A stretch of 62,482 nucleotides of DNA, counting the filler, from Folioceros fuciformis (lineage: Eukaryota), in NCBI GenBank assembly GCA_049999805.1. It is 3 parts of 2 records of this genome, joined end to end, with 100 filler letters (N's around TTAATTAATTAA, not from the genome) between each part and the next. Parts side by side here need not be neighbours in the genome. Positions count along the whole stretch, not along the records: positions 21,363 to 50,767 come from JBNGIO010006284.1; positions 50,868 to 62,482 come from JBNGIO010006289.1; 1 more part is not named here. One strand, 5' to 3'. Under the pieces are notes generated by a model, which worked only from the letters and a program-made list of their open reading frames with translations, ran no database searches and was not told where the DNA came from. A program made the translations under genes and the position numbers. Shown piece by piece: positions 44,692 through 56,400 of this stretch. The first letter of the stretch is position 1. Every line of letters starts with the position of its first letter.

Positions 44692-46944
44692 GTGCGGAGG
44701 AGTTTTAATGATTTTTTGGATGAGGACAATGGCTTGTCTCTCTGCTTGCAAGAGCTTTCAGACACGGAGGTTGCAAGGACTACACCCTTTCTTCTGAAGA
44801 CGCTGAATGTCAAGGCTTTGCAAGCCATCCTTTCCTTGTTTTCCACACGTCGTTACGAGAAGCTCAACAACAGAGCCTGGCTGGAGAGCAGGATCGGAGG
44901 GAGGCTTTTGAAAATTAACCTGAATGGAGAATCTATCTCTGAAACTCTGAAGCAGGTGGTAGCCATTGTAAGAAATCCCAGGTCAGCACTGACATATGTG
45001 CCAGTCAGCGTCCTGTCTGACTTACCATCGGCCCCTGTACTGGCGGCAAAGGAGGCTATGGAAAAGCTTAACAGTCTTCCTCTGCAGACGCTCTCTGTAA
45101 TGAGAACCCTCATCACTGGGAAGCTGCCTTCAGAAGTATCTTTGCTGAAAGCCAAGTATATCGGCAATAAGTCGAGACATATCCTTACCATCCAGAAAGG
45201 AGCAGCACGGCTGATCCAAGAGGCTGAGACAAGTGGGAGATTGCCAGCTTTGTTGCAAAGGACTCTACTGGTCATGAGCCTTTCTGCACGAGCTTTAATT
45301 GGGGATGATGGAGAGCTGAGAGAATCTGTCGACGCACAAAACAGGGGCAGTGAAGCTCTTCAAGACCAATTGCTCTCCGCTTACTCATCGATTGAGAACC
45401 TCAATCTGCAACAGTTGGAAGATGCCTATTTGGCCATGACACAGCAGGCAAGGGACAATGTCAACTTCAGACATCAATACTATGATATCCCCTCAAGGAC
45501 AAAGCAAAAATCAGATCGGAGACATCCCAATGCCTACAGGCAGTCCATAAGGAGGATATTGTTTGACTACATTATTAGGAGTGGAGTGCAAGGGCCGCCA
45601 CAACATGTGAGGAATGCGGTGGTAGCCATGCTTGCTCATGACAACCAGACACGGAGAAGCCGTAAATGTAGGCTGCTCCTTTGGTTGAAAGAGCAGTTTC
45701 ATGAAGAAGTGACAAGTGTGACAGAGCTTGCCAGTCAACTAAGAGATGTGGTTGCAAGAAGAGAACATGGATTAAGGGACGCAGAGTCTCCAGATGATAT
45801 GACATGGCACTCTGATGACAGTAGAGAGCATGAGTGCAACACAGATCGTGGCCCAACTCGAGAAATGCCTAGGACCTCCCCTGTAGAAGAACAGGAAGTG
45901 CATCCAAGCGTGGGAAGGGTGTCGGTAGATGGTTCACAGGGGGACCGTTCTCCTGTCGTGCAAGGGGCAAACTCTGGCTCAGTAGGTCCGGAGTTGTCTC
46001 AGGATCCTACACATGTCCTCAACTCTCAGGGGCATTCTGGTGGCATCCACTCTTCCAGGCCAGTGAGCAACCCATCGAACAACCCCTCTCCGAAAGGAAG
46101 AAATAGGTCCATGAACACCACCTCCAGTACGCGACGGAGTTCTCAGGAACCTGCGTCTTCAGGTGCAAGCAGTGTCGCAGTGGAATCTCGTCCACAACAA
46201 ATTGAAACGCCCAGCTCGAGTGACTCAGAAGATTCTACTCCTCTTTATTTCCTGAGTCAGTCTGAATGGCTTCAAGCAGGTGACCAAAAGAACTGTCCAG
46301 AGTCTCCACGGCCTAGTGACCACGACAACTGCCCAGAGTCTCCAAGGCCTGGCGACCAAAGCAACTGCCCAGAGTCTGCAAGGCCTGGTGACCACGGCAA
46401 CTGCCCCGAATCTCCAACACCTGACCATGATGGCTCCAGCCCTCCAGATCCGCGAAATGGCCAGACTTCACGACCCAAACGCTTTAGGACAGTACACAAG
46501 GGCAGCACCGATGGTGAAAGGAAGAGGCAAAGAGTTGCCGACAAAGCAGCTGTATTGACCTACAACTTCATCGGCCAAGCTATGGAGACAGCCAGGAAGA
46601 GGCTGGGGACATCAGTGCCCACGCCTGCAACGAAGTACCTGGCTGGCATTGGGTCTCACAATTCAGGTAAGCTATGATGTGGAACGTGCATCCTCCATCA
46701 ACTCCAATCCACTACACATTCCTACTCACCAGCATCCCTGCGGGAACAGCCCATCGGCCAGCACAGCATGTAATTAGTAACAAGCTGCAAGTCTGATGCA
46801 GTCCTGATCTTGGTCGCAGGAGAGGAGAACGTAGCTGCCTCTCGGCAGCTCAGCGAAGATGAGATGCTGCTCAGCCTTGTCCAGAAACTTCCTGCCCTGT
46901 CCGAGAGGTTTGACACACTACCCTCCCTTTGTGCCACAACATAG
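44692..46944 (+). CDS. Uncharacterised protein: helical N-terminal region, long Ser/Pro-rich insert; additional small 5' exons likely
   Basis: 661-codon open frame without ATG at its start. GT donor at 46667 and acceptor at 46819 give an in-frame last exon GEENVAAS...TT* ending at 46944. Function not recognised. Confidence 0.7.
46280..46425 (+). repeat. Coding 36-bp tandem repeat x4 (D[QH]xNCPES[PA]RP[GS])
   Basis: DQKNCPESPRPS-DHDNCPESPRPG-DQSNCPESARPG-DHGNCPESPTP within the 44692 ORF. Confidence 0.92.
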
Positions 46945-47497
46945 ATAGTGTCATGTATCTGCATATCCTGGCTGAGACTCTCCTCTTCTGTATGCTTGTA
47001 CGTACAGGGCGGTAGAGGCTGTGAGGCGCCGATTCCAAGCCTGTTAAATACAGCAGTAAATCACTAAATTCGGATTCAGGAAACATCACGAGTATCATCA
47101 GAAACTGGCATCCACTTCGTCTTGATTCGGTTTTCCCCGGTTTTCCCCGGTTTTCCCCAAGCCCGCATTCCATACGTACACGGGTCCTGGCCCCAAGTGC
47201 GTCCTAGGGAAGGAACCTCTGGTGGGCCAAGCGGAATCGTTGCTGGATACTTCATGCCACGCTCACCTGGCAGTCTCCACGTGGATTAAAAAGTTGGAAA
47301 CCAGTACCCCTTGGCTCTACCCCCAGCTGACGAGACGAGTGGGAGGAGGGCCGGCTTGCGTGAAACCGGGGTGTGTCAGGGTCGGTCAGAGGACCAGGCG
47401 GAAGAATTTGGGTTGCGAGGCAGTCTCTGGTGTCTAGATTGTGGGCTCTGGTCTTCGCGGGGGAACGTTGAGCAGCTGGAGGATTGGTCTGAGAGCC

Positions 47498-49772
47498 ATG
47501 GTCAAGGACACGCAGTTCTACACGATTCTGGGCGTTGAGCCTGGGGCTACCGCCGCGGAGATTAAGAAGGCGTACTACGTGAAGGTGATGGGATGGATCC
47601 TCAGCCGGGCTTGGGGAGATGGTGTCGCAGTTGTGTGATGAGAGTGCTGGAGCTCTGGTTTGGTCTTTGTTGCACGACTTAGTAAGTTCTGAGGAGAGGA
47701 AGATGCATCTGGTCGCCTTTGCTGACTCCGTGACAGTTTCGGTGAAGGGCAGGCTAGGAAAGTACATCCGGACAAAAATCCAAATGACCCCCAAGCTGCA
47801 GCCAACTTCCAGGTAAGTGTGGCAATGTGTCTCTGGTTTGCACTGTAGTGAATGAAGTGTGGAAAATGAAGTGATGCCTGAAGTGGGGAAAATTTCAGGC
47901 TTTGGGAGAGGCGTATCAGGTTCTCAGCGATCCGCAGAAACGAGAAGCGTACGACAGATATGGAAAATTGAGCGTTCAACAGTGAGTGTCTTTATCTTTG
48001 TCTTCGTCTTGTTTGAGCGCTTGGACATGTGAGTGAAATTGGTCCTGGGTCTGACAGGTTTTTGTAGGATGGTTGCGTTTGAATAAAGTCTCATTGCCGC
48101 ATGTAAGTGTATCGTCTGCAGTGCTATGGTCTCACTCGGGTGTTCTGCAACGTGTGTGTGCACAGGGAATCGATGATAGATCCATCTGCATTGTTTGGAA
48201 TGCTTTTCGGAAGTGAAGCTTTCGAGGAATACGTGGGGCTACTCAGGATTGTGGCTAGTGCTCATTTCATGATGGGTGCGGAGACGGATGGGCAGCCTCC
48301 TGATATGAATGAGCTTAGGGCGAACTTGCAGGCAAGACTTCTTTTCCACACGTTCATTTGAATGTACCTGTGATTGGGTCTTCTACATACTCTCTGATAG
48401 AGTGGCCTTTTGCATTCAGACCGCCCAAAAAAAAAGAGAGGAAAAACTTGCTACACAACTACGAGAGCGACTTGAACAATTTTTACCAGGTGACACGGAA
48501 GCTTTTTTAACGTGGGCCACGGCAGAGCGGACTCGGTTGGAGGAAGCTGGTGAGCTTTTGTGACCATCCTGAACCAATTGGTGTACCTCTGTCTGTTGTT
48601 GCGTTCATTTACCGGATGCGGAGGACTGTTTCCTTCCAGCCCTTCCATCCTGTCATCCCAGCGCGTTGTTCTGGCCTTGTTTCCTCACTGTCTTGTGGCT
48701 CCTTTGTTGGTGACACGCTCCACTGTGATGATTGTACGAAATGAACTGTCTCCATTGAATGCTCTTCGGCAGCTTTCTCGAAGACCATGCTGCCCACAAT
48801 TGGTTACATATACTCCCGACAAGCTGCCAAAGAACTAGGGAAGAAAGCGTATTTTGGACTCCCATTTGTGAGCGAATGGGTACGAGACAAAGGACATCAA
48901 TTCCGATCGCAGTTTATTGCAATAAAAGGTGATATTTACATTGCTCAGTCTGCCTGCCCTCCACTTCAGCGTGATGTTGCCCAGTGCGTTGGGAAAAGGT
49001 CGCAGACTTACTGATTCCAGAGGCTGACAAGATGGCATGTTGTTCTCTTTCCAGCGACCATTTCCATCATGCAATTGCAGGACGAGATAAAGAGGGAAAT
49101 ACTAACAGGATCCGATCAGAGTGAAGACGACCCTCAAAAGCTTTTCGAATCCAAGCAGGAACAAGTAATTGAGCAACTCTGGAAAATGAACGTCCTGGAC
49201 ATCGAGTACACACTTTCGCATGTGTGTCACAAGGTAACCATCCATGTTGAGACAGCTGTTACGTTTGTCGACCACCAGTAGTGCTGTCACGCCAGGGTCA
49301 TAGTTCCGTGTCTCACTTCACATCTTTTGCTTCCTTGAAGGTGCTTACCGATCAGACAGCTTCGAAGGAAGTACTCAAGAACCGTGCAAGATTTTTGAAG
49401 AAGCTTGGGAATATCTTTCAGGTACTTCCATGTCTAGAATGCATTGTAGACTCCTTGAACCAAAAAAATTGAGTGGAATTTGACTTCCCTTGCTGGACAT
49501 GCTTTGCAGGGCAAGCCGGAGGTGAAGAAAGGAGGCGTGGGGAGGTTCCTCGAAGCCGCACAGAACGCCACCAAGGTCGTAAACCTACGTCCTCGGAAGA
49601 ATCTGGTGTCTGGTTCCAGGGGCGGCAGGTACTGACCCTTGACTCTGCCATGGTGCAGACTTCACGACCACGTCCAGCTGGAACAGCAGCTTCTTCTGCT
49701 GATGTGACCCCCAAGTCATCTGCAGCTTATCCATCTCCAACGCCACCAGCTGGAGCCACGACAAACCCTTGA
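47498..49772 (+). CDS. ATJ10: Chaperone DnaJ 10-like protein (J domain and DnaJ-X domain), multi-exon
   Basis: Exons [49 protein letters not shown]..|[24 protein letters not shown]..|[19 protein letters not shown]..|[18 protein letters not shown] motif intact. Confidence 0.92.
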
Positions 49773-50767
49773 ACCACATCAGCTGTACTTTGGTTCAGGC
49801 TTTTGTCGCAACTGCTATCAGTGTTCCCATCGGCGCCAGCTCCTCCTGCAGGGAGACACCCATACTACTCCCTCCACCGTGTGAACATTCCTAAGCGAGT
49901 GGTCTTGTGCTCCGTTTCTGGACCTTGGTGGGTACCGGGGACCAAAGCAGATCCTTCCGTCCTCTTCATAGCTGTACTGCCGGATGCTTCACTTGTAGCA
50001 GGTGTATCATACGTTTCCCTCTTCAGACTCGTGGTGTAGAGGGTTGCGGTTTGATTAGTCGTCTTGGACGCGAGTCCGGAGTCCCCTTAAATTTACCCTA
50101 AACCATTGGAGTGCACGCTTTGATCAAACTTCCTTCATAGCCACTCCTTAGCTCGGGACTGTCAGAAAAGCCTCGTCCTCGATCCTCGCACGCGCCGTGT
50201 TCAAAGGCTCCCCGGGTTCATCACAGGATCCAGCGGGAAAGTGCAAAGCTCCAGAAAAGCGTCGATCAAGCTGCAATCAGGCTTTCCAGCGCGGGATGCA
50301 CCAGACTGCGTCTTCCAAGAGCGGCCAGCATGAATCCGGCCGCTCGTGGCGGCCACTCCAGCATTGTGCGTCAGGAAAGCGCGGACACGGTTGCGGATGT
50401 GTCAGGAGGACGTAGCTTGATTTCTATCTAGCGCAGACCTTGCTAGCCGTTCCATGCCAGTGTTCATCGGCGGGGAAGATTACCGGCGTCACTCTTCACC
50501 GCTTGTATTAGCGCAGTGCGATCACGACGATGGCCTCCAATTGTCGAAGACGACAGTGAAGAGGCGCGTAGCTGAGAGAGATGCAGTAGCCTACCTCCTC
50601 AATACCTGTCTCTTCTCGGCGAAAGAGGAAGACGCGGACACCGTTGGTGTGACACACCAGTTCTTGGAAAGTGAGGTGTGAAGGCAAGTGACAGCTCCAG
50701 CTCCAACCTTCTTCCTACGTCACAGATTCGACAGGACATGCGCGTCGCCGCGCTCGCGTCGTTGGAG

Positions 50768-50867
50768 NNNNNNNNNNNNNNNNNNNNNNNNNNNNNNNNN
50801 NNNNNNNNNNNTTAATTAATTAANNNNNNNNNNNNNNNNNNNNNNNNNNNNNNNNNNNNNNNNNNNN
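50768..50867. other. Artificial contig-joining spacer (Ns + TTAATTAATTAA)
   Basis: TTAATTAATTAA at 50812-50823 within the N run. Confidence 0.93.
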
Positions 50868-51048
50868 CCCATTGTAGCTAGATGTGCCAAATATTGCATT
50901 GTAACTTTGGGGTTCTGTTCCTTGTGTTAGAAGCTAAATTGGGCTAATAGGAGCCCTAACAGATTACACATGGCTTCTGCTAACTATCTTGGTTTGATAT
51001 GGGCATCATGAAATTATTAGGTGAAAGTAGCAACTATTAACATATAAT

Positions 51049-52515
51049 ATGGCTCCCCAAAATCGAAGTGGAGGAGGAGCGAGTTTGGGGGCAATGAGTA
51101 CTCCTATAGGAAGTCGGCTGGGTACTGCAAGGAGTAAGCTAGCATCTGAAGCTCCTAGTGCTGCAGTATTGACAGCAAGTCGGCCTCCTTCTAGATTATC
51201 ATCTGTAGCAACTTCAGGAGCAACCCAACCATTGTCTAAACGACAATTGGAAAAAGTGAACTTAGTACGAAGGTCCATCCATCAAGTGCAGGTGCTTGAT
51301 GCTGCAATTCGACAATCTCGCATCATGGACGAGGAGCACAGTAAGATCATAGCTATGAACCAACAGTTAGATCGAGAGCAAATCAAGACCCAAAATGCTA
51401 AACGAATGTCCACTATGATCAATTATCCCATGCCGAATAGAGAAGCTCGTCGGCAGTCTTTCATTCCCACTAGAGCATCTCACATGCTCGCAGATCATCC
51501 TCGACATTCACAATTGGTTCGCCGTGCATCACAATACCTTATGGACATTGCAGGCCGATCTTCTATAAGCTTTGGAGAAGATGGGCAACCTATGACTACG
51601 TTGCACAATCGTCCTTCAATGATGGCAATGATCAACTCCAAAGATGAGCCAATAAGAAAATGGAAACGGCCAAGGTGGCTCTCTCGTTGTACTGAGGTTG
51701 TACCAGAGTGGTCAAATCAATATGAGGCAGGCTATTATGCAGGCATTGAGCTCAAACAGCTGTTCACAAAGCCTTGGGATCTTGGTGGACATAGAAAAAA
51801 CTTTTGTGGCATGGTTCGACCTTATTACCATAAAGACTATCACCGTGATCCTTACATATACTATGAGCCTGAACCTGAACGAATTGAATGGCATGAGCAT
51901 CTAGTGGCAAAGATTATTGCTTGGGCTAAGATGCGGGACATGGAAGCAGACATGTTACGACAACTAGGGAAATTGCATTCAATAGTCAAAGACAGACGTA
52001 AATTCCAGAGGATGCGGGCTAACATGCGACTTCCATTGGATCCAGCTATAGTACTAGCTAGGACTGTCTTGTTTCCAGAGTCATATAAGAAGTTGCAAGA
52101 AAAATATGACGTTCCAGGCTCAAATGATCTAGCTGTAAAGTTAGACATGTTGGGCAAGGTAGATGTATCATGGCGTGAATTTGAGTGTCCACATTTCGCT
52201 TTCCCACTCATCCCTTGTAGTAAGGCACAACCACCACAAGTAGAACCAGTAGCTGTGGATGAAGCGCATCCAATGGAGGATGATCTTAATGCACTTTATC
52301 GACATGATCCAATTTGGCCTTTACCAAATCCTGCCACAGTGCTTCCTGAGATTACAGAGTTGGATACCTTTGATAGTAAGATAGAAGCTGCTGCACCACC
52401 CCCTAAAGAGGAGAAGAACAAGAAAGGCAAGCCATCAGACAAAGGCAAAGCTCAAGATAAAGGTGGCAAAGGAGATGCAGACCTGATGTCGAAGAAGAGT
52501 AAAAACAAAAAATAA
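51049..52515 (+). CDS. Intronless hypothetical protein (488 aa) with Lys-rich C-terminus
   Basis: Uninterrupted ATG..TAA ORF in relatively AT-rich DNA, followed by an AT-rich 3' region. No domain recognised. Confidence 0.8.
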   Translation: MAPQNRSGGGASLGAMSTPIGSRLGTARSKLASEAPSAAVLTASRPPSRLSSVATSGATQPLSKRQLEKVNLVRRSIHQVQVLDAAIRQSRIMDEEHSKIIAMNQQLDREQIKTQNAKRMSTMINYPMPNREARRQSFIPTRASHMLADHPRHSQLVRRASQYLMDIAGRSSISFGEDGQPMTTLHNRPSMMAMINSKDEPIRKWKRPRWLSRCTEVVPEWSNQYEAGYYAGIELKQLFTKPWDLGGHRKNFCGMVRPYYHKDYHRDPYIYYEPEPERIEWHEHLVAKIIAWAKMRDMEADMLRQLGKLHSIVKDRRKFQRMRANMRLPLDPAIVLARTVLFPESYKKLQEKYDVPGSNDLAVKLDMLGKVDVSWREFECPHFAFPLIPCSKAQPPQVEPVAVDEAHPMEDDLNALYRHDPIWPLPNPATVLPEITELDTFDSKIEAAAPPPKEEKNKKGKPSDKGKAQDKGGKGDADLMSKKSKNKK

Positions 52516-53020
52516 ATTATCATTTGAATCAATATCGATATTTTATGCACCTATTGTTGGGTTCGATGGATGTTTAGCATGGGATCAATCAATGTTGTTC
52601 CCATTATAAATAAATTAGGAATATTTAAGAAATTTAAAGTAAAATAATATCCATAACCTAAAAATGAAAAGAGAGATAGAGATGAAGATAGATAGATGTA
52701 GCGAAAGACGATTGAGTCGCCCTAACTACAGTAAGTAACGGGGTAGGTAGGCTCGACTGATGATATTGGTGTGAAAAAAAAAAAAGAAGGTTACCTGTGA
52801 GTGAAGCTACGTGGCCATATTCGGGATGGTAGGGCTAAAGGAGGGTAGGGGTAAAGGACACATAAGAGGTGGGGCTCTTTGAGTGCAGTGCAGTGCAGTA
52901 AGCGAAGCGACCAGAGAGACGTGGAAAGGACAAGTTGCATAACGCCGGTGTGTTGTGAAGGTGGGGTGTGAATGGATAAAGATCAGTGAGAAACATGAAC
53001 CTACCAATCCCCAAAGGGCC

Positions 53021-53037
53021 AGCCCAGTCTAGGGTTT
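53021..53037. promoter_or_regulatory. Site II motif next to a telo-box, upstream of the NERD-like gene
   Basis: AGCCCA (reverse complement TGGGCT) at 53021-53026 and TAGGGTTT (reverse complement AAACCCTA) at 53030-53037, about 420 bp before the ATG. Short motifs, so a chance match is possible. Confidence 0.4.
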
Positions 53038-53455
53038 TGTCAGTACATCGATTGAAAGAGGGAGGCATAGAGCCCCATAGTAGACCCTAATCATCTTCCC
53101 ACTTGAGGGAGGCCCAGCGCATCTCACCCCCTTCTCACCAGAGGGAGGGAGAGAGGCTGGAAAGGAAGGTGGGGACCAAACTGAGTCCACAAGAGCAGTG
53201 GAGGGCCGAGATTATCGCCCCGGCAGCCCACGCCCCTCAGTCCTGTCTCCCGCACCGCCGCTCCGGCTGCCGCAACTGCGCCCCTGGGCCAGGCCTGAAG
53301 GCATGCGCACGCTCCGTCCTCCTACGCACCAGTACTCTCGTGAAGGAGGTGCCAGGTGAGGATGCGGCAAGATTCAACCTAGCAGCCGGCAGAGGGGGTA
53401 GCTCGCTAGATGATTCAAAGGGCCAGCTGGGCTCGGGTTTGGAAACTTTAATCCC

Positions 53456-56400
53456 ATGGACGAGGTGATGGATGAGATGGTGGTTCAGTCCGGGCTGGAG
53501 CAGTTGGCGGTGGCCATGGCTGACGACTCGTCGGTTCCGCAGACAACGGCAGCGCTTGGGTGTGCTTCTATGGCAGATCAGGTGCCGTTTGCCATGGACC
53601 TGGATGGTCCTTTTGTTGCTCAAGATACGGGAAAGGAGGTGGAGGCTGGAGCGGGAGAGGTGAAAGAAGCGGGTCATGAGAGGGAGTATGTTGCGGTGGA
53701 GGGGGTGGGATCGGCTCGTGCCCAAGAGTCCCCAGCCTCTGTAGGTCAGGGCAGTCCTGTGCGGTCGAAAGTGACGGAAGTCGTGGAATTGCGTCCCCTT
53801 CCCCAATCGCCACCTCGTCAGAAAATTGAACCCCTAGGCCTAGTAGATTGTAGCGAGACTGTGGCAAGAGCTGGTGGTCCAGAATTTACTCTTGAAGTTG
53901 TACTTCCTACGTCTCCCTTGGCCGTGGAGGAGGACACTGAAATGCACCCTGCGCACACAGAAATTAAGCAGCCAGATGATGGCACGCCTCAAATGGAAGA
54001 AGGCTCCCTGCAGTTCGCAACCTCCGGTGAGGTCACAAGCTCATCTCCACGGCCCGATTCTGGTGCCTATCTGGTAGTGGATGGCGCCAAGTCGGAAAAC
54101 ACAGAAATAACACAGCTTCAGGCTGCTTTCGAGCATGGAGATGTTGCCCCATTGGATGATGTTGTCCAAGAACCAAGGGAGGGCACCATATCGGCGGTAT
54201 CGGAGGGTGGCGGCTACCAGTATGATGGCAGCACTGTGGAGCGGGATGCATCTGGTGTGGATTACCCGTCTAACGCTCAGGATGATGTCCAGGAGCCTGT
54301 GCTGCATGCTGCCCCAGATCTGCCGGCTGAGTCACCGTCCCCACACAAGACCGAACTGCAGCGTGAGATGGAACTCTATGAAGCAGCAGAGAGAGAGCAG
54401 GATGAGATGCAAGAGCGTCTTGCGTCTGCTCGCTCGGATCTACTTAAGGAGGCGGAGTTGCAGAGCAGTGGTGAATATCTGTCAGCTGATGGGAGGAACG
54501 AGAAGAAACGGCCTTGTGATAGTCCAGTGACCACCAGGAAGGGCAAAAGAGGGAGAAAGAATCAGTCCTCAGACCACGCCAGAGAGTTTGTCAAGGATAC
54601 TGCCAGAGAGGAGGAAGATGTTTGTTTCATGTGCTTTGACGGTGGAGATCTTGTGTTATGTGATCGAAGGTATGTTATGCTTCCGTTTCTCACACTTTTC
54701 TCTGAGTCTGGGAGGGAAACCTCTTTAGCTACTCTGATTTCTGTGTATGAGGGTAACGCACGGCTTCTTATTGGAGGGGGCTGAGAGATTCCTTCTTAGC
54801 TTGATCTGTCTCTTCTATGTGGCAATGCTCGTTGCTGCAGAACATGTCCCAAAGCATATCATCTCGACTGTATTGGGCGCGACAGGAAGTTTTTTGAGAA
54901 GAAAGGGGCTTGGATCTGTGGTAAATTACCGTTATCCCTGGTTCTTTTAGAGTGAGGCACAGAAGCTGCATCAAGGCCGTTGCCCTATGGTTGTGTGATT
55001 GGAAAAGTAAAATCGTTACTTGTTGAATACCAGTAATGGCTTCCTGAGTCTTCCTATGCTTTGACAGGTGGATGTTGCTCCTTCGTAAGCACCTGCCCCC
55101 CTGTCCTGGGTCATGCATCTAATGAAAATGTTTTCTGTGGCAGGGTGGCACTATTGCTGCGTGTGTACGAAGGCAGCAAGTTTTCAGTGCTACACGTGTC
55201 CCACAGGCTATTGCCCCACCTGTAGAAAGGACGTGGATTTCCTTTGTATCTCGAAAAGGAAAGGTCTGTGCTCAGAATGCCGACCAATTGTGAACATGAT
55301 TGAAAAGGGCGTCTCAATTAACTCCGATGGGGTAAGGCCGCCTCTGAGGACCACTAATAAGTTGTTTTTCCAAGCTCTCATCTTCGCACACTTTTCTTCC
55401 TGAGGGCTGTAAAATCATGTGCGTTTTAAGTTCTCAAATATGTTCTAATGGAATGCATGAAAACGTCTGCTATGTGCAGGTGGCTGTAGATTTCAATGAT
55501 CGGGAAACTTCCGAGTATCTCTTCAAGGAATATTGGAGGGATCTCAAGCAGCGTCTTGAAATAACCCTTCCAGAATTTGACGAGCAGGGAAAAGTTATAG
55601 AGGGTGGTGTCACAGCTATAAATGGGGCCTCTGAGTCGGAGTCAGAACATGATGATGATGACGGTGATGGTGATGATGATGGTGATGCATCCGATTCAGA
55701 CAAAGGTCAAGATGAGGAAGAGCGTAAAACGAGAGGTAAGAGCAATACAGAAGATGGTACAACGCAGGATGCTGATTATGAAGTGGCAGAGGAAGAAGAG
55801 GCTGAGGCGGACAAACCTGTGACCCGTAAGTTTGACGGGTGGGCATCAAAAGAACTTATTGATTTTGTGAAGTCCATGGACCAGGACGGTCAAAAGCCAC
55901 TAAATAATTTTGCGGTCAACAAATTACTGTGGATTCATATCAAACAACATAAACTCCAGGATCCTCGTGAAAAGACCTTGATATATTGTGACGAAAAGCT
56001 GCAGGCTCTTTTTGGGCAGAAAGAAGTCCGCCAAGTTGAAATATTCAGGCTGCTAATGGAGCACTACCCTCCTAAGGTCAGGAGACCAAGATCTGGAAAG
56101 CGTGCAGCTACTACTGCTACTTCTGTTCCTCCAGCTGTAACTGGGGATGTACTGGCTGATATCGAGAGCAATCCAGATGATAAGTCAAATAAGTCAAAGG
56201 ACAAGCGAAAGCTCAAGAAGAAAGACTTTGACAGACCAGACACAAAGGCCTATGCGGCCGTGTCCAGGAAAAACATCGAGTTAATCTATCTAAAGCGAGC
56301 GCTTTTAGAGTTTCTGCTTGATGATCCTGATTTCAGTACCAAAGCTGTTTCAGCTTTTGTGCGAATTCGGGTCCCTGGCATGACGAGCAAAACAGAGATG

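Noticed and set aside
47129-47158. (GGTTTTCCCC)x3 upstream of the DnaJ gene, and ~24-bp TGTTGCACCAGTTTC repeats at 43850-43955
   Set aside because: Real but very short repeats, explainable by slippage; no evidence of function.
50150-50767. GC-rich stretch with short ORFs before the second spacer
   Set aside because: No recognisable domain or consistent splice pattern; cut by the contig end.
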